DNA of 64,000 nucleotides, taken from positions 137,702,001-137,766,000 of the forward strand of contig OX597816.1 in assembly GCA_951406725.2 (NCBI GenBank), in the 5' to 3' direction. The translations under genes and the position numbers were made by a program. The notes under the pieces are model-generated. The model saw nothing but the letters and a program-made list of their open reading frames with translations. It made no database searches and was not told the origin of the DNA. Positions 1 to 13,326 of this stretch are shown here, piece by piece. The DNA comes from Octopus vulgaris (lineage: Eukaryota). Each line of letters starts with the position of its first letter. The stretch's first letter is position 1.

Positions 1-1355
1 AAAGACCATAAAGCCAATTTTAGTAGAAACCCCAAATGTAGATTGATAAATCCGGCTAAAACTGAGATAGGAATTATTAGCAAAAATATTTTGGACCGTA
101 TTTTTAGTTAAGTTAGATAGTGAAGTAGACTTGAGAATTTGGAAGAATAGTAAGTCAGTTATAGAGTGGTTTAAAGGTATTAGCTATAAGAATAATTGTA
201 GTTTCACACAATTCGACATTATTGACTTTTACCCGTCAATATCTAGGACGTTGCTCCTAAGGGCATTGGACTTCGCCAAGCAGTATGTCAACATCGATAG
301 CTCGGAAATTGAAATTATTATGCATGCGAGGAAATCGCTTCTTTTTTTCGAGGATTCCACCTGGATTAAGAAGACTGAGGATTCTCTTTTCGATGTACCG
401 ATGGGGGCATACGACGGGGCTGAATTATGTATGCTCATAGGAGCCTTTATTCTCCATAATCTAAAAATAGAATTCCCATTTATAGATGCAGGTTTATATA
501 GGGATGACGGCCTTATAGCCACGCATAATCTAAACGGCCATGAATCAGATAGACTTAGGAAGGACCTTATAGCTTTCTTTCAAAGGATGGGCTTACGGGT
601 TACGATAGATGCTAACCTGAATAGTGTATATTTTTTAGACGTAAATTTTAACGTAAGATCGGATAGATTTAAACCTTTCCGTAAGCCCAATGAAAAGCTA
701 TCGTATATTAGCAAAGATTCGAACCATCCACCAGTTATCCTTAGGAACTTAGTCAGCAATGTAGGTAGAAGAATATCTTCAATTTCTTCGGACGAGGCAG
801 CATTCCATAATGCTGCACCTTATTACGATAGCGCATTAAAGAATAGTGGATTCTCTGAGAAGATCCAGTTCAACCAGCTAAATGCTGATAATAATGCTGC
901 ACGAAGAACTAGGACCAGGAAAGTTTTGTGGTTCAACCCGGCTTTCAATTTGGCCGTAAAGACTAATATAAGGTAAGGAATTTTTGAGATTAGTCTCTAA
1001 GCATTTTAAGCAGGGTCATAAATTCTATAGAATATTTAATAGAAGAACCCTGTAGGTTAGCTATTCTTGTTGCAGAAATTTCGCCTCTTACATTAGCCAA
1101 CATAATAGGAAGCTAATTGAGATTAGACATGGTGCCGAGCCCATTAAGAAATGTAATTTCAAAAACGAAAGCTCCTGTCCGTTAGAAGGGAAATGTCTAG
1201 TGAAAGGAGTAGTTTATAGAGCCAAGGTGCAAGTGGAAGGCTCATCGGAATACAAGACATACACAGGGGCTTCAGAAAATTCATTTAAAACAAGATTTTA
1301 TTCTCATAAAAATTCATTTAAATACCCAGAGAATAGGAAGAAAACCAGCCTAAAT
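1..1355 (+). pseudogene. Penelope-like element ORF remnant: reverse transcriptase plus C-terminal GIY-YIG endonuclease (Nematis-like by motif pattern), frameshifted and truncated
   Basis: Frame 1 start reads [22 protein letters not shown] 131-976 has FDIIDFYPSI, VPMGAYDGAELC, GLYRDDGL, FLDVNF, SNHPP and WFNP. After a frameshift at ~970 it continues IGKEFLRLVSKHF..VSYSC..CNFKNESSCPLEGKCLVKGVVYRAKV..KTYTGASENSFKTRFYSHKNSF (GIY-YIG pattern). Stops at ~118 and ~1052. Confidence 0.9.
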
Positions 1356-2452
1356 TTAAAATATCGAATATAAATATACCATATGGATAGAGTATATATT
1401 TTGTATTTTTGATTTTGATTTTGACTCTTGAACGATGAGCGCTACGATGGATTTTGATTTTGTTTTTGTTTCCAAGCCATGCGGATCTTAATCCGTATAG
1501 CAAAGTCTTATGTTTCTACATATATATTAGGAAAAACCTACAAACTTTGTTTTCATGTTATTGTATTGCATAGGATTACCTTGATTATTTATATTACCTT
1601 GATTATTTATAAATGACCCAAAATAGGATGTTATATTTTATTTTATATGTCTTCGTATATATTTTTATTAATGCACCCATTTTTAAAAGCAATGTTTTTT
1701 TTTAAAAAAAAAGCAATGTTGTCAAAATTAGAATGTTTATATAAGTATGTGTATAGCAAAGCATATGTATTTGTAAACATGCGTATCTGTGTATGTGTAA
1801 GTGAAAGTATGTTTGTGCTTAAGCACACATATACACGACTGTATGTATGTGTATCCATTCAAACTTGTGTATGTATACTGGTCTTTATATATGCCAATAA
1901 TACCGTTACACTGCTTGTATACATAATTTTTTCTTATTTCGTTTTTCCCCACCCCTCCTTCGTTCCTTTTTCTCTCTCTCCCTTTCTTTCGTTCCCCCTC
2001 CTTGCTCAGTATATAAGAATTGCTACATAGATGAATTTTAGCTTGCGTGCGAGACGGTTTGCGTGAATATATGTACACATGCTTTTATGTGTATATTTAG
2101 ATCTATATTCATACGTCTGTATATGTATGTATGGCGTTTACGCGCATCCTTTTGTGTATGTTGATATATATATGTAGATTTTAATATAAATATGTATTGC
2201 AGTATTTATAACAGGTTTAATTTCTATGCATTAATTTGCACTGTCTTCATTAACGTCAATAGGTTTTTTCCTCGGATTTTATAATTCTTATAAGTTTTTT
2301 ATATATATATACATATATTTTTGACCTTTTTGTTTATCGCTCGAAGATTGACCGTTTTTTCTAAAGGGCCAATCAAACAAGTCCATTTCTTTTTAAAGGT
2401 GTAGCGTTTGTAAGAGTATAGATTGAATTGATATATCAGTTCCATTCTAGCA

Positions 2453-2499
2453 AAAACTGTCTGATGAACGGCAACGAGAAACTCAGAGTAACAGATTTT
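2453..2499 (+). ncRNA. Minimal type I hammerhead ribozyme, probably in the PLE 3' pseudo-LTR
   Basis: ctgt-CTGATGA-a.cg-gcaa-cg.a-GAA-A.ctc-a-gag.T-A-acag. Stem I ctgt/acag (extendable aaaa/tttt), GUA cleavage triplet. Followed by AATAAA and (TA)n. Confidence 0.8.
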
Positions 2500-2523
2500 G
2501 AATTTTCTGCTGCTTAAAATAAA

Positions 2524-2618
<95 letters not shown>

Positions 2619-2681
2619 CATATGTATATATATATAAGTGGCGAAAACATTTCTCTTGAATTTTTTGCTACCCTGATATTG

Positions 2682-2739
<58 letters not shown>

Positions 2740-2751
2740 TATATATATACA

Positions 2752-2784
<33 letters not shown>

Positions 2785-2819
2785 ATACACACACACATAC
2801 ACATATACACACGTGATGG

Positions 2820-4020
2820 GTTTGTTCTCGCTCTTGTAATAGTAGTAGTGGTGGTTGTAGTGAAGATGGTGATGGTGGAGGAGGTTGTGGTGGTGGGGGT
2901 GGGGGTTGTGGTGGTGGTAGTGCTCTTTACTACAACTATTTCTTGTGTTGATAATATCGGTCCAGGTGTCGGGGTATTGTGGTTGCATTAATGTGGCTGG
3001 GTTTAGCCCAGGTTCTAGTATTACTGTTGGTGGTTATTGTTGGTAGTAGTGGCGGTGGTGATAATGGTAAATGCGATGAATGTGGTGATGGCGGTGGTTT
3101 GGTGGCGATGGTAGTAGTTGTGATCGTGATAGTGAAGGTGGTGATAGTGGTGGTGGTGGTGAGAATGATGGCGGTAGTAGATATGCTGATGGGTGGGGTT
3201 GTTGGTGGTGTGGGTAGTGGTGGTGATGATGGTGGTGGTGCACGGTTGGGTTGAGAGGATGGAGCAGATAGATCTACACCTATTGATGCTCTGTTTCTGA
3301 TAGTGGTGTTGATGGTAGTGGTACCGTCGTGATGGTATTGGTCTCTTGTGCAGTAGTCTTGATTCTGATAGGGCTGCTGCTGCTGTGGTTGTTGCAGTGA
3401 TGGTGGTGGTGGTGGTGGTTGTGATTGTGGTGATGGTGATGATTGTGGTTGTAGTAGAGGTGGTGGTTTTGTTGTTGTTGTTGGTGGTGTTGGTGATGTT
3501 TGTTGTGGTGGAGATGGGTGTATTGGTGGTAGTATTGGTGAGGATTGTTATGGTGGAGGTGGCTGTGTTGTTGTTGTTGGCAGTGAAGGTTGTAGTGGTG
3601 GTGGTTATGGTGATGGGAATGATTGTGGTTATGGTGGAGATGTTGTTGCTGTTGGTGATGGTTGTTATGGTGGAGGTGGCTGTGTTGGTAGTGGTGTTGT
3701 GATGGTTGTTGTGGTGTTGTGATGGTTGTTGTGGTGTTGGTGACTGTGTTAGTAGTGATGGTTGTAGTGGTGGTGGGGGCTATAGTGGTGGTGTTGTGGT
3801 GGTGGGCCTGCTACTGCACAATTACTTGTGTTAGTGGTATTTCTGCTGTTGTCGGTAGTTTTTGTAGTGACGATATTGAATATGGTTGGTAGTAGTCTTG
3901 ACTCTGATATTGCTGTTGCTGCTACTATTGGTGGTGATGGTTCGGATGTTGTTGCTGTTGGTGATGGTGGTAGTAGTGGTAGCGATGGTATTGGCGATGT
4001 GACGGTGTTGTTGGCGCAAC
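2820..4020. repeat. Degenerate GTG/GTT/GAT trinucleotide low-complexity tract
   Basis: Runs of gtg/gtt/gat. An internal motif agtagtcttga(t/c)tctgata occurs twice (~3352, ~3891). Confidence 0.85.
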
Positions 4021-4029
4021 TTCCAGATG

Positions 4030-5190
4030 AGCGGACTTAACTAGAAAACACATACACACATACACACACACACATAGCGCTCTCACTCACTCACACACAA
4101 ATACACATACTCACACACACAACACTCACTCACACACAAATACACATACTCACACACTCACAAACACAAACACACACTCATGCACACGCACAACAAACAC
4201 ACACTCACCCCACACACTGACAAGCACATACGCATACAATCACAAACTCATATACTCACACACTCACATAGACAACATACTCACACACACAACATACACA
4301 CACATTCACGTACACACATACTCACACACATACTCTCACATTTATATACTCACAAACACACACACATACTCTCACACACAATCGCGCACACAACACACAC
4401 ACACATTCACGTGCACAGATACTCACAAACAAACATACACTCACACACTTATATACTCACAAACACACATACATACTCTCACACACAATCGCACACACAA
4501 CACACACACATTCACGCGCACACATACTTACAAACACACTTACACTCACACACTTATATACTCACAAACACACACACACACATACTCTCACACACAATCG
4601 CACACATCACACACACACATACACACACACGCACACACAACACACACACACATTTTCGTGCACACATACAAACACACACACACACATGCTCTCACACGCA
4701 ATCGCACACACAACGCACACACAACGCACACACAACGCACACACACACACATTCACGTGCACACATACTCACAAACACACATACACTCACACACTTATAT
4801 ACTCACAAACACACACACATACTCTCACACACAACCGCACAGGCAACACACACACACATTCACGTGCACACATACTCACAAACGCACATACACTCACACA
4901 CTTATATACTCACAAACACACACATGCTCTCACACACAACACACAAACACACATTCACGTGCACACATACTCACAAGCACACACATACTCTCACACACAA
5001 TCGCACACACAACACACACACATTCACGTGCACACATACTCACAAACACACTTACACTCACACACTTACATACTCACAAAAACACACACACACATACTCT
5101 CACACACAATCGCACACAACACACACACACAACACACACACGCACACATACGCACACACACACAACACACGCAACAAAACAAAAACACAT
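4030..5190. repeat. CA-rich minisatellite with roughly 70-140 bp higher-order units
   Basis: Recurrent unit cacattcacgtgcacacatactcacaaacac...cacttatatactcac...caatcgcacacac. Confidence 0.8.
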
Positions 5191-5592
5191 TATATAAGAG
5201 CAATTGTCTCCTTGTCTGCCATCTCTTATATTACCTCTTGCAAAGCAACTCTTGACAGTGACAGCTGAATGGGTGAAAAATGGCCGAGTTATGTGTGAAG
5301 GACGATAATCGGGATGCAGATGTAGGATTTACAGTTTTTAGTGTACTAAAAACTCGTAAAACACTGCTGATGAATAGATTCTGAGACAGCAGTTGGCCAC
5401 TCTCTAACGCTCATTCAACCTACCTACACAACTGGCAACGTCTTACTTGCCGGACCACTAAGCAAACTGATACACAAACTAGTCACTGCACCATTTCTTT
5501 ATTTTCTGAAAGACATTCGCCATAAATTGCTGAGTCCTGAAGTCTTTCTCGTTATTATGTTCATTTTGCTTTTGATTTTTGTTGTTGTAGTA

Positions 5593-5655
<63 letters not shown>

Positions 5656-6146
5656 GTTATTATTATTTTGTCTCTCTGTAATCTTTATTGATGTTGTTTT
5701 TAGCTCGGAACAATGACAAGAGGAAGAGAAAATGAGGGAGAGAGAGAGAGAGAGAGAAAGGAGAAGGGAGAGAAAGAGAGAGAGAGAGAGCGTGAAAGAA
5801 AGGGAATGAGAGAGAAAGAGAAAAGAGAACGAGGGGAATGAAGAAGCAAGTAAGAAATAAATTAGAAATGGTGTGTGCTGTACTCAAGAGAGTATATATA
5901 TATACATAAATGCATACATTTATATATATACATACATAATGCATACATTTATATATATATACGCATATGCACATACTGATGTATATGTGTGTGCATGTGT
6001 GTATGTGGGAGTGTATTTATGTGTGTAATATGCAGCTGGTTTATGCATATATAAGCTTATGTGTGTACTCTAGTTTGTGTGTACGTTTGTGTGTTGCCGT
6101 ATATGTGTATGACAAGTATATATGCTTATCTATGCATATCTAACAG

Positions 6147-6216
<70 letters not shown>

Positions 6217-6254
6217 ATTCTATCTGTCTATCTGTATATCTCACTCTCTGTCTC

Positions 6255-6322
<68 letters not shown>

Positions 6323-6340
6323 CATACATACATACATACA

Positions 6341-6373
<33 letters not shown>

Positions 6374-6442
6374 GTGTGTGTGTGTGCGTCAAAGAGGACA
6401 ACAAACATTTAGGCGAGGCAAACATTTCAAGCCGTATGCAAT

Positions 6443-7015
6443 ATTATTATTGAAAAAAAAATTTAAAGTCTTACAGCTGTTTCTGGGGTATCCCTGAGTA
6501 TGGGATATTCCGCCATCAGAAACAAATAGGGAAAAATTGGGAAAATGAGAATGGTGTATATTAATGAGAGGGCGACATAGAGGAATGGAGTAAAAGAATA
6601 AGGAGCCGGGGAGAAAGAAGCAAAAAAGAAACATAAAAGTTCATAGTTCGACTTTTCGAAGTTGTAGAAGCAAGAGCATAAGTCCTTAGGTGCCTTTCTG
6701 CGTAGATCCATGAGGGTTAAAATCCTGACACAGTAGACGTCCAGAGAAAAACGACGTGAACAGAATCACCCAAGGACTTATGCTCTTGTTTCCACACTTG
6801 CGGAAATTTGAACTATGAATTTTAGTTTCTTTTTTCTTCTTTCTCTCCATCTCTTTATTCTTTTACTCCCTTCCTCTATGTTGTCATCTCATTAATTTAT
6901 ACCATTCTCATTTTCCCTATTTTTCCCTATTCGTCTCTGATGACGGAATATCCCATACTCGGAGATATCCCAGAAACAGCTGTAAGAATTTGAATTTTTT
7001 TCCAATAATAATAAT
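6443..7015. mobile_element. Palindromic non-autonomous PLE-type element (two inverted pseudo-LTR arms, each with an HHR)
   Basis: 6443-~6697 is an imperfect reverse complement of ~6763-7015. HHR at 6933-6988 (+): gtct-CTGATGA-long stem II-GAA-ACAGCTGT-A-aga. HHR at 6468-6523 (-) has an A9G substitution. Confidence 0.8.
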
Positions 7016-7079
7016 GTATCAATTTTTCTAATTGTGCTACCAATCCACTTCCATTTTTTCTTAAATATTTGCTCTCCAA

Positions 7080-7850
7080 TCCCATAGCGCTTCTTTCACA
7101 AACATATAGCCAAATGCAAAATAAAACGTCAAAATTAGAAGCAATAGCTGCCAAACTAGGATTGAAAGTCAACCGCGACAAATCAAACATTATGCGCGTT
7201 AATGAAGAAAACAGCGAACGTATTAAACTAAAAACCGGTGAACTAGAGGATGTAGCCGAGTTTACGTATTTAGGTAGTAAGATAACGTTTTCAGGCGGCA
7301 CCGCTGAAGATATTAAGACGAGAATAAGTAAGGCAAGGACCGCTTTTCACCTGTTAAAAAAAGTATGGTGTGCAAGTGTAATTTCAACAATGAACAAAAT
7401 AAGAATTTTTAACACTAACGTAAAAGCGGTGTTATTGTATGGGGCTGAGACATGGCGAACAACACTCGTAAGTCAAATAAGCAAATACAATCATTCATTA
7501 ACAGATGCTTGCATAGTATACTTAAAATTAGATGGCCCGAACACATAAGCAATATGGAACTATGGCAAAGAACAAATGAAGTTTCGATTAGGGAGCAAAT
7601 ATTTAAGAAAAAGTGGAAGTGGATTGGTAGCACAATTAGAAAAGACGCACCAAATGTAGCGAAAAGTGCTTTACAGTGGAATCCGGGTGGATATAGAAAG
7701 AAAGGTAGGCCTAAGGACTCGTGGTGTAGATCAACATAAAAGGAACTAGAGAAAGGGGAACATTTATGGCAGAATATAAGTATAGAAGCGAAAAATTATG
7801 CGACATGGAATTCAATTATAAGTGGCCTATACTCCGCACTGGAGAGTTAA
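7080..7850 (+). pseudogene. RTE-clade LINE, 3' RT fragment (5'-truncated, frameshifted)
   Basis: IALLSQTYSQMQNKTSKL..LGLKVNRDKS..EFTYLGS..DIKTRISKARTAF..IFNTNVKAVLLYGAETW, then after a frameshift IQSFINRCL..IRWP..ISN.ELW..KWKWIG..ALQWNP.G.RK.GRPK. Confidence 0.9.
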
Positions 7851-9984
7851 AGGCAGGAAAAAATTATTGTATATGATTTAAGATGTTTGCCTTAATGTTT
7901 GTTGTCCTCCTTAACAATTATATATCCGCTGCATCAGAAATCTACAATGGCTCCATAACTACCATCTCGGTTATAACCTTGGAGTCCCAGCAATCCATTA
8001 CAGCACTTACCAAGGGTACCTAATCGTTTACATCACCCGTATCTCCCATACTCGTGTGTTTACGTCCTCGTAACTTGAAGATTGAAGTAGCTCATGTATA
8101 ACTCCAGTGTACATTAAATGATTCATGCGCGCGTAAAATCTTATTTATCATCTTCGAGCACACGCGAACGGAAGTAGACCTATCACATTTTCTCCCAGTT
8201 CGGGAGTAAATTCCCCTCGTAAACAACATGTATGAAAAATACATTGGGCTGTGAAAATTCATCAAAGCATCGTAAGACACATGAGTATCTTTTTTCGTAT
8301 CATCAACTATAACCATTAAATTTGTTTTTTCACATCCCTAAAAGAACAAATCGTTCTTTTGTATTTGAGCAGCAAACGATGCGATTGCTGATGTGCCTAA
8401 GGCTTGATCAAGCTAGAATTAAATAAAGTCTCACTGAGCAGCGTTGAATAAAATATATACATGAAACGTCATATTTAACACGTCCCATCGCACTTGTATG
8501 TGGGAAGACCTTTCGCTACTGAAAGACCGTCGCTTCTAGACGACTTCTGTATAAGCATGCTCATCCGCGTGACTTTATGTATTTAATTCTGAATTAATCT
8601 CAAAATCCGATGACGTCGTTCATATCCTAATCTATTTTCACACATGTCTCATCGGTGGAGAATTTTCTCTCGTGACTATTTCTGCACCAGAAGGTGTTCC
8701 CACCTCCTAGAGTACTCGAACGTGTTAACTATGACTTTACCCGTATATATTTTATAAATATCATTATAAATTAAGGTGCTTATTTAGTAATTTACAACCA
8801 AAAGGTAACAATTATAGTCGTCACTAAAGTGACGGCGGGTGCTAATCAGCACCACAATTGCTAGAAATAAGAGTCAAAGCAACTCTTAGCCACGAGGGAA
8901 CACTTTTCTCATGACTGACAGGAGACAAGCTCCCTACGGCAAGCGATATAGAGTCATAGCGCTGATTTCAGACTTGATTAATCTTCATCGGTGCCCCGTT
9001 GTTCCGTCGCCGTCACATTACCGATGTCACATGCTTAACGAATGTTTTATTTCTGCTTATATTAGCTACGGAATTCAGCCAGGGAGACGATTCGGTCAGG
9101 GTGAGAAGCGGATATCGATGTTTTGCTGTTAATTTAGCTCATCGGTGCCGCATACTTGAGCGACCGAGTCACCGCGAAGTGAATTTGAATCGCTAGCCTG
9201 AGGTAAATATGCAGTTAGAGTAAAATTTATCTGTCGAAGTGCATTAGCGCCGCATAAGTGAAACAACATAAAATTTCAAATTAGAAGCAACTCTGATAAT
9301 GCGAACATATGCTTAACGTATATGTTTTGTTCATGTGCTTATTAAGCTGTGGGAGTTATACAGGAAAACGTCCCTCTAGGACGTTGAATGTTAAAAATCC
9401 CACTGAATATCTCAAACCAAACGAAACGAATCGTCCCGTGGATGAGCGAAAACGGTGGATATCGATATTTTGCTGTTATTTCAGTGAAAAAAAATTATAA
9501 ATTAGCTATTCGATACATGCTTGTGTGTGTGTGTGTGTGTGTACGTGCGTCTGTGTGTGTATGTGCGCGTGTGCATGCACACACACAAACACGCGCGTGC
9601 ACACACGCACGCACACATAAACACAATGATATAGTCCGCTGAAGATAAAATATCGTAACTTCAAGTTCCATGTTCAGTTTATCTTATGTAACCATCAAAC
9701 TAGAAACTCGATCATTTTATGTGTAACATTACTGTTGCGTAAAGTTTTTGTTATTCCATTTTGGGTTTAAAAGAGATCTAAGTTACATAACTCAATGTAT
9801 ATAAATATTATTGGTGGGGATTTATTTCCCTTGTGTCGTAGTAAGTAGACCTGTTAATAAAGAAATACATACAAAGAAAAACTTCAACTATGTATTAAGG
9901 TGGATGACTTGAGATCTATAAGAAAGGAAGGGAAAGAATAAAAGAATAAAAATATAAGGTATCAACGAGTGTAATTCTCTATCT

Positions 9985-10190
9985 AATTTTGGTATTAGGC
10001 CAGCAATTTTGAGAGAGGAATAAGTTCATTACACTGACTTCAGGACTTGTACTTTATTTTATCGACCCCGATAGGATGAATGCAAAGTTGAGTTTGGTAG
10101 TTAGAATTTGAACTCATAACGTTAAAAATCGGAATGAATATCAGAAAGCAATTTTTCCGATTCTGTAATCATTCTGCCATGTCGCCGCCC
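9985..10190 (-). mobile_element. tRNA-headed SINE, family with a Nin/Deu-like central domain
   Basis: Reverse complement of ggcggcg..gagttcaaattc..actttgc..tcatcct.tcggggtcgataaaataa.gtac. Same family as 43232 and 57816. Confidence 0.6.
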
Positions 10191-10239
10191 TAAATTGTAA
10201 TGAAATCATGTGTTAATAGGTTAGTGCACGTTACTCCAT

Positions 10240-10470
10240 AAGGGTTATAAGGCCGGTTTCCCGATTTTTCTCTTGCTGCGCAGATATTTTTTTCTTGGGC
10301 GAGACGCAGGTCCGTCGGAAGATTACTTATTCTTTCCAGCTGAGTGGACTGGAACCACGCGAAACGAAGTGTTTTGCTCGAGAACACAACGCATCACCCG
10401 GCCCAGGAATTGAAACCATAATCTTGCCATCATGAGTCCCACACCATCACCGCTTAGCCATGCGCCTTAA
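10240..10470 (-). mobile_element. tRNA-derived SINE (family with the tgtgttcttgagcaa..ccagt.cactcagctg core)
   Basis: A/B-box-like head ggcgcatggct.agcggt..ggtttcaattcc. Core shared with 39820 and 51905. Confidence 0.6.
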
Positions 10471-10859
10471 TGTGTTAATTAAGGAGTTAAAATTGAATTG
10501 GGAAATATTGAGTGAATGGTTCTATAAAATCTTGACGTATTCATTTTATTGTATAGAATTGATCGTGGAAAGACAGCTTTGAAAATCTATTTATTCAAAT
10601 TCCATCACCTTCAGCTTCACCCTTACTCACCTTCTTTCGTGTTATTTTCATTCATCTTGTTTCTTTATGATAAGACTTACAGTTTCCTTTTCGTTTGCAC
10701 ACTTCCGTCTAATAAACGCCACTTGGTATTTGTTCCGACTGTCTCTGCTCTAAGTTCAGGTCCCGCTTAGGTCACTTTTGCGTTACATCCTTTCCGGCTC
10801 GGCAAAAATGTACCAATCAATGGCAATAGATTAGCAAAACTAATTAACAGGACTTATAA

Positions 10860-11180
10860 TTTTTTGAAGCCTAGTACTTATTCTAGCAGTCCCTTTCACA
10901 CAACCGCTAAGCTACGGGGAGATAAACACACGACCACCGGTTGTCAAACAATGGTGGGGGACAAACACAGACATAAAAACACACACACAGCGGCATGTAT
11001 ATATTTTTATATATATGCAACGGGCATCTTTTAGTTTCTGTCTACCAAATCCATTCGCAAGGCTTTGGTCGGTCCGAGGCTGTTGTAGAAGAAACTAGCC
11101 CAAAATACCACGCAGTGAAACTGAACCCGGAACCAGGTGGGTGAGAAGCAAGCTTTTTACCACACAGCCACTCCCGCACC
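10860..11180 (-). mobile_element. tRNA-derived CORE-like SINE with internal microsatellite
   Basis: Head ggagtggctgtgtggtaa..ttccgggttcagt, core and tail matching copies at 41215, 50200 and 63165. Confidence 0.7.
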
Positions 11181-11548
11181 TTTAAGATTTGTTATCAACC
11201 AAATACCATTTCTCTTTTTACTGGCAATATCAAATATAACATCTATCACACTCCATAAACATACCACACATGTACAAAGCAAAACTGCTAAAAACGACAA
11301 CTCCTCCACAGCACACATAGGAAACATAGCTTGGTGCATGAGAGCAGCGGCCTGAAGTCAAATTACGTGGTTTAGAGAAACAAAAGAATTAGCCTTTCTA
11401 GAACTTTTGGATGTGTTTGGCCAGAGATCATGGTAGAATTTGAACTCATAAGTACATATATTATATTGTGTGTATATGTTTTATTGATTTGCCTGTACGG
11501 CTGATAACTCGCTTGCCACTGTGGTGGTATTTTAATAATACCATCCCT

Positions 11549-11596
<48 letters not shown>

Positions 11597-11728
11597 TATA
11601 TTGATCATTCATTTTTATACTTTTTGAGATCTAATTAAGTTTTATAAAAATATATTTTATTTGTTATTTATGTTTTGGTTTATGTCTATCACTGTTTGAG
11701 TTGCATAATAGTGGTTTTATCTCTAATT

Positions 11729-11785
<57 letters not shown>

Positions 11786-12069
11786 GCGTGTGCGTGTGTT
11801 TCTGTATTTGTCCGTCCCCCTGCCATCGCTTGACAACCGATGGTGGTGTGTTTATGTACCCGTAATTTAGCGGTTCGGCAAAACAGACCGATTGAACAAG
11901 TACTAGGCTTACATGTATGTATTTGTTTGTGTATGTTCTCTTTCTCTTTTTAATATAGAGTGGCCACCTACTTGGTAGTAAGGTAGTAAGGTAGTAAGAA
12001 AAGTATCTTGTTATAACCATCATGCTTTAAATCTTAAGGTGTTGCGGGTTTTTATATTCCCAGATATTT

Positions 12070-12452
12070 ATGTATGTAAGTCATTATTCAGTTTTATTTC
12101 AAGATTTCTTGTCCAAAGAGAAAGAACTAGTTTCAAAACTAGATCCAAGTCTCCTTCATTAGAATTTCAACAACCTCAACCGGGTATTTTTCTATGTATG
12201 TTTCATTTTGTGTACATATTCTCATGTAAATAGTTGCATGTCTAGACATGCTCATATAAACTTCAGGAAAGTTTTACAGAATTATACAGTTCCGGTGATG
12301 GCTTGGATCTGTAGTCTTCTAATCGGCTTTCTCCTAGTTTCTCAAGGTTGGTATTTAGGCAGTGCCCCAATAATTACAGGTATAAGACTGAACTTATAAT
12401 CTGGATAGTGTAGCTGTAGATTTCTCAATAGTTCAGCGTAGGTATTTTCTTT
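12070..12452 (-). pseudogene. R4/Dong-type (RLE) LINE 3' end
   Basis: KENTYAELLRNLQLHYPDYKFSLIPVIIGAL..IRRLQIQAITGTV*FCKTFLKF*, followed by a 3' UTR. Flanked by TATG repeats on both sides. Confidence 0.7.
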
Positions 12453-13292
12453 ATGTATGTATGTATGTATGTATGTATGTATGTATGTATGTATGTATGT
12501 ATGTATGTATGTAGGTAGGTAGGTAGGTAGGTAGGTAGGTAGATAGGTAGACATATGTATGTGCAAAATATTATGTAACTAGGCATTGTTTCTGTTGCTT
12601 TTGAAACACTGAGTAAGCCCTGATCTAATAGACATGATCGAATGTGTTCCAGGCATAACCATCCCGCTTTTTGTTTTATCAGCTACGACTACATTATCGT
12701 ACTTCACTTAAGGAAGATTTGGTGCTAATTTGAAGCATGTCGGGTGATCACCCTGATATTGGTTCGGCTAATCTTATCTTTAAAATTTCAGGCACACATT
12801 TATCAAACAAAATCATAATGAAAAGCGTTCCAACTGTGACCATCCAATTTTTTTTTACCAGACATTGGTGCATCTAGGAAGTCATCCAATATCCATTGTC
12901 TTTCCGTAAGACGGTAAGGTATGTTTTGAGGGATATTTGGTTACTATTTTTACGAGCTGTGGCGCCAAAGGAGGTTCCTACATTGATTCGTCTCTTGAAT
13001 ATCTGTGAGTGTAACAGCTGACACATGAGTAGGCCTCAAATGCAGGGTTCTTTCGAGTGTTTGTATGCGCGTGCGAATGGATATATTAGTGAGTGGCTGT
13101 GTGTATACATGTATAAACGTGTGCGTATATATGTGTGTGCACATGCTGTAGTGTAAATTGGTGTATTGGTGTTTTTGTATGTAGTTGTGTGTTTGTGTAC
13201 ATATGAGTAAGAATCTTTGGAGTTCTTGTGCGCCTATTCGTTTGAGCATGTGAGCATGATTGAATAAATATGCAAACTTCTATATATGTATG

Positions 13293-13326
<34 letters not shown>

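Noticed and set aside
4180-5268. 362-aa His/Thr-rich ORF and overlapping ORFs
   Set aside because: Read-through of a CA minisatellite; open in all three frames.
5363-5393. actg-CTGATGA-atagattct-GAGA-cag-cagt
   Set aside because: GAAA is mutated and stem III and the cleavage triplet are missing; at best a decayed HHR.
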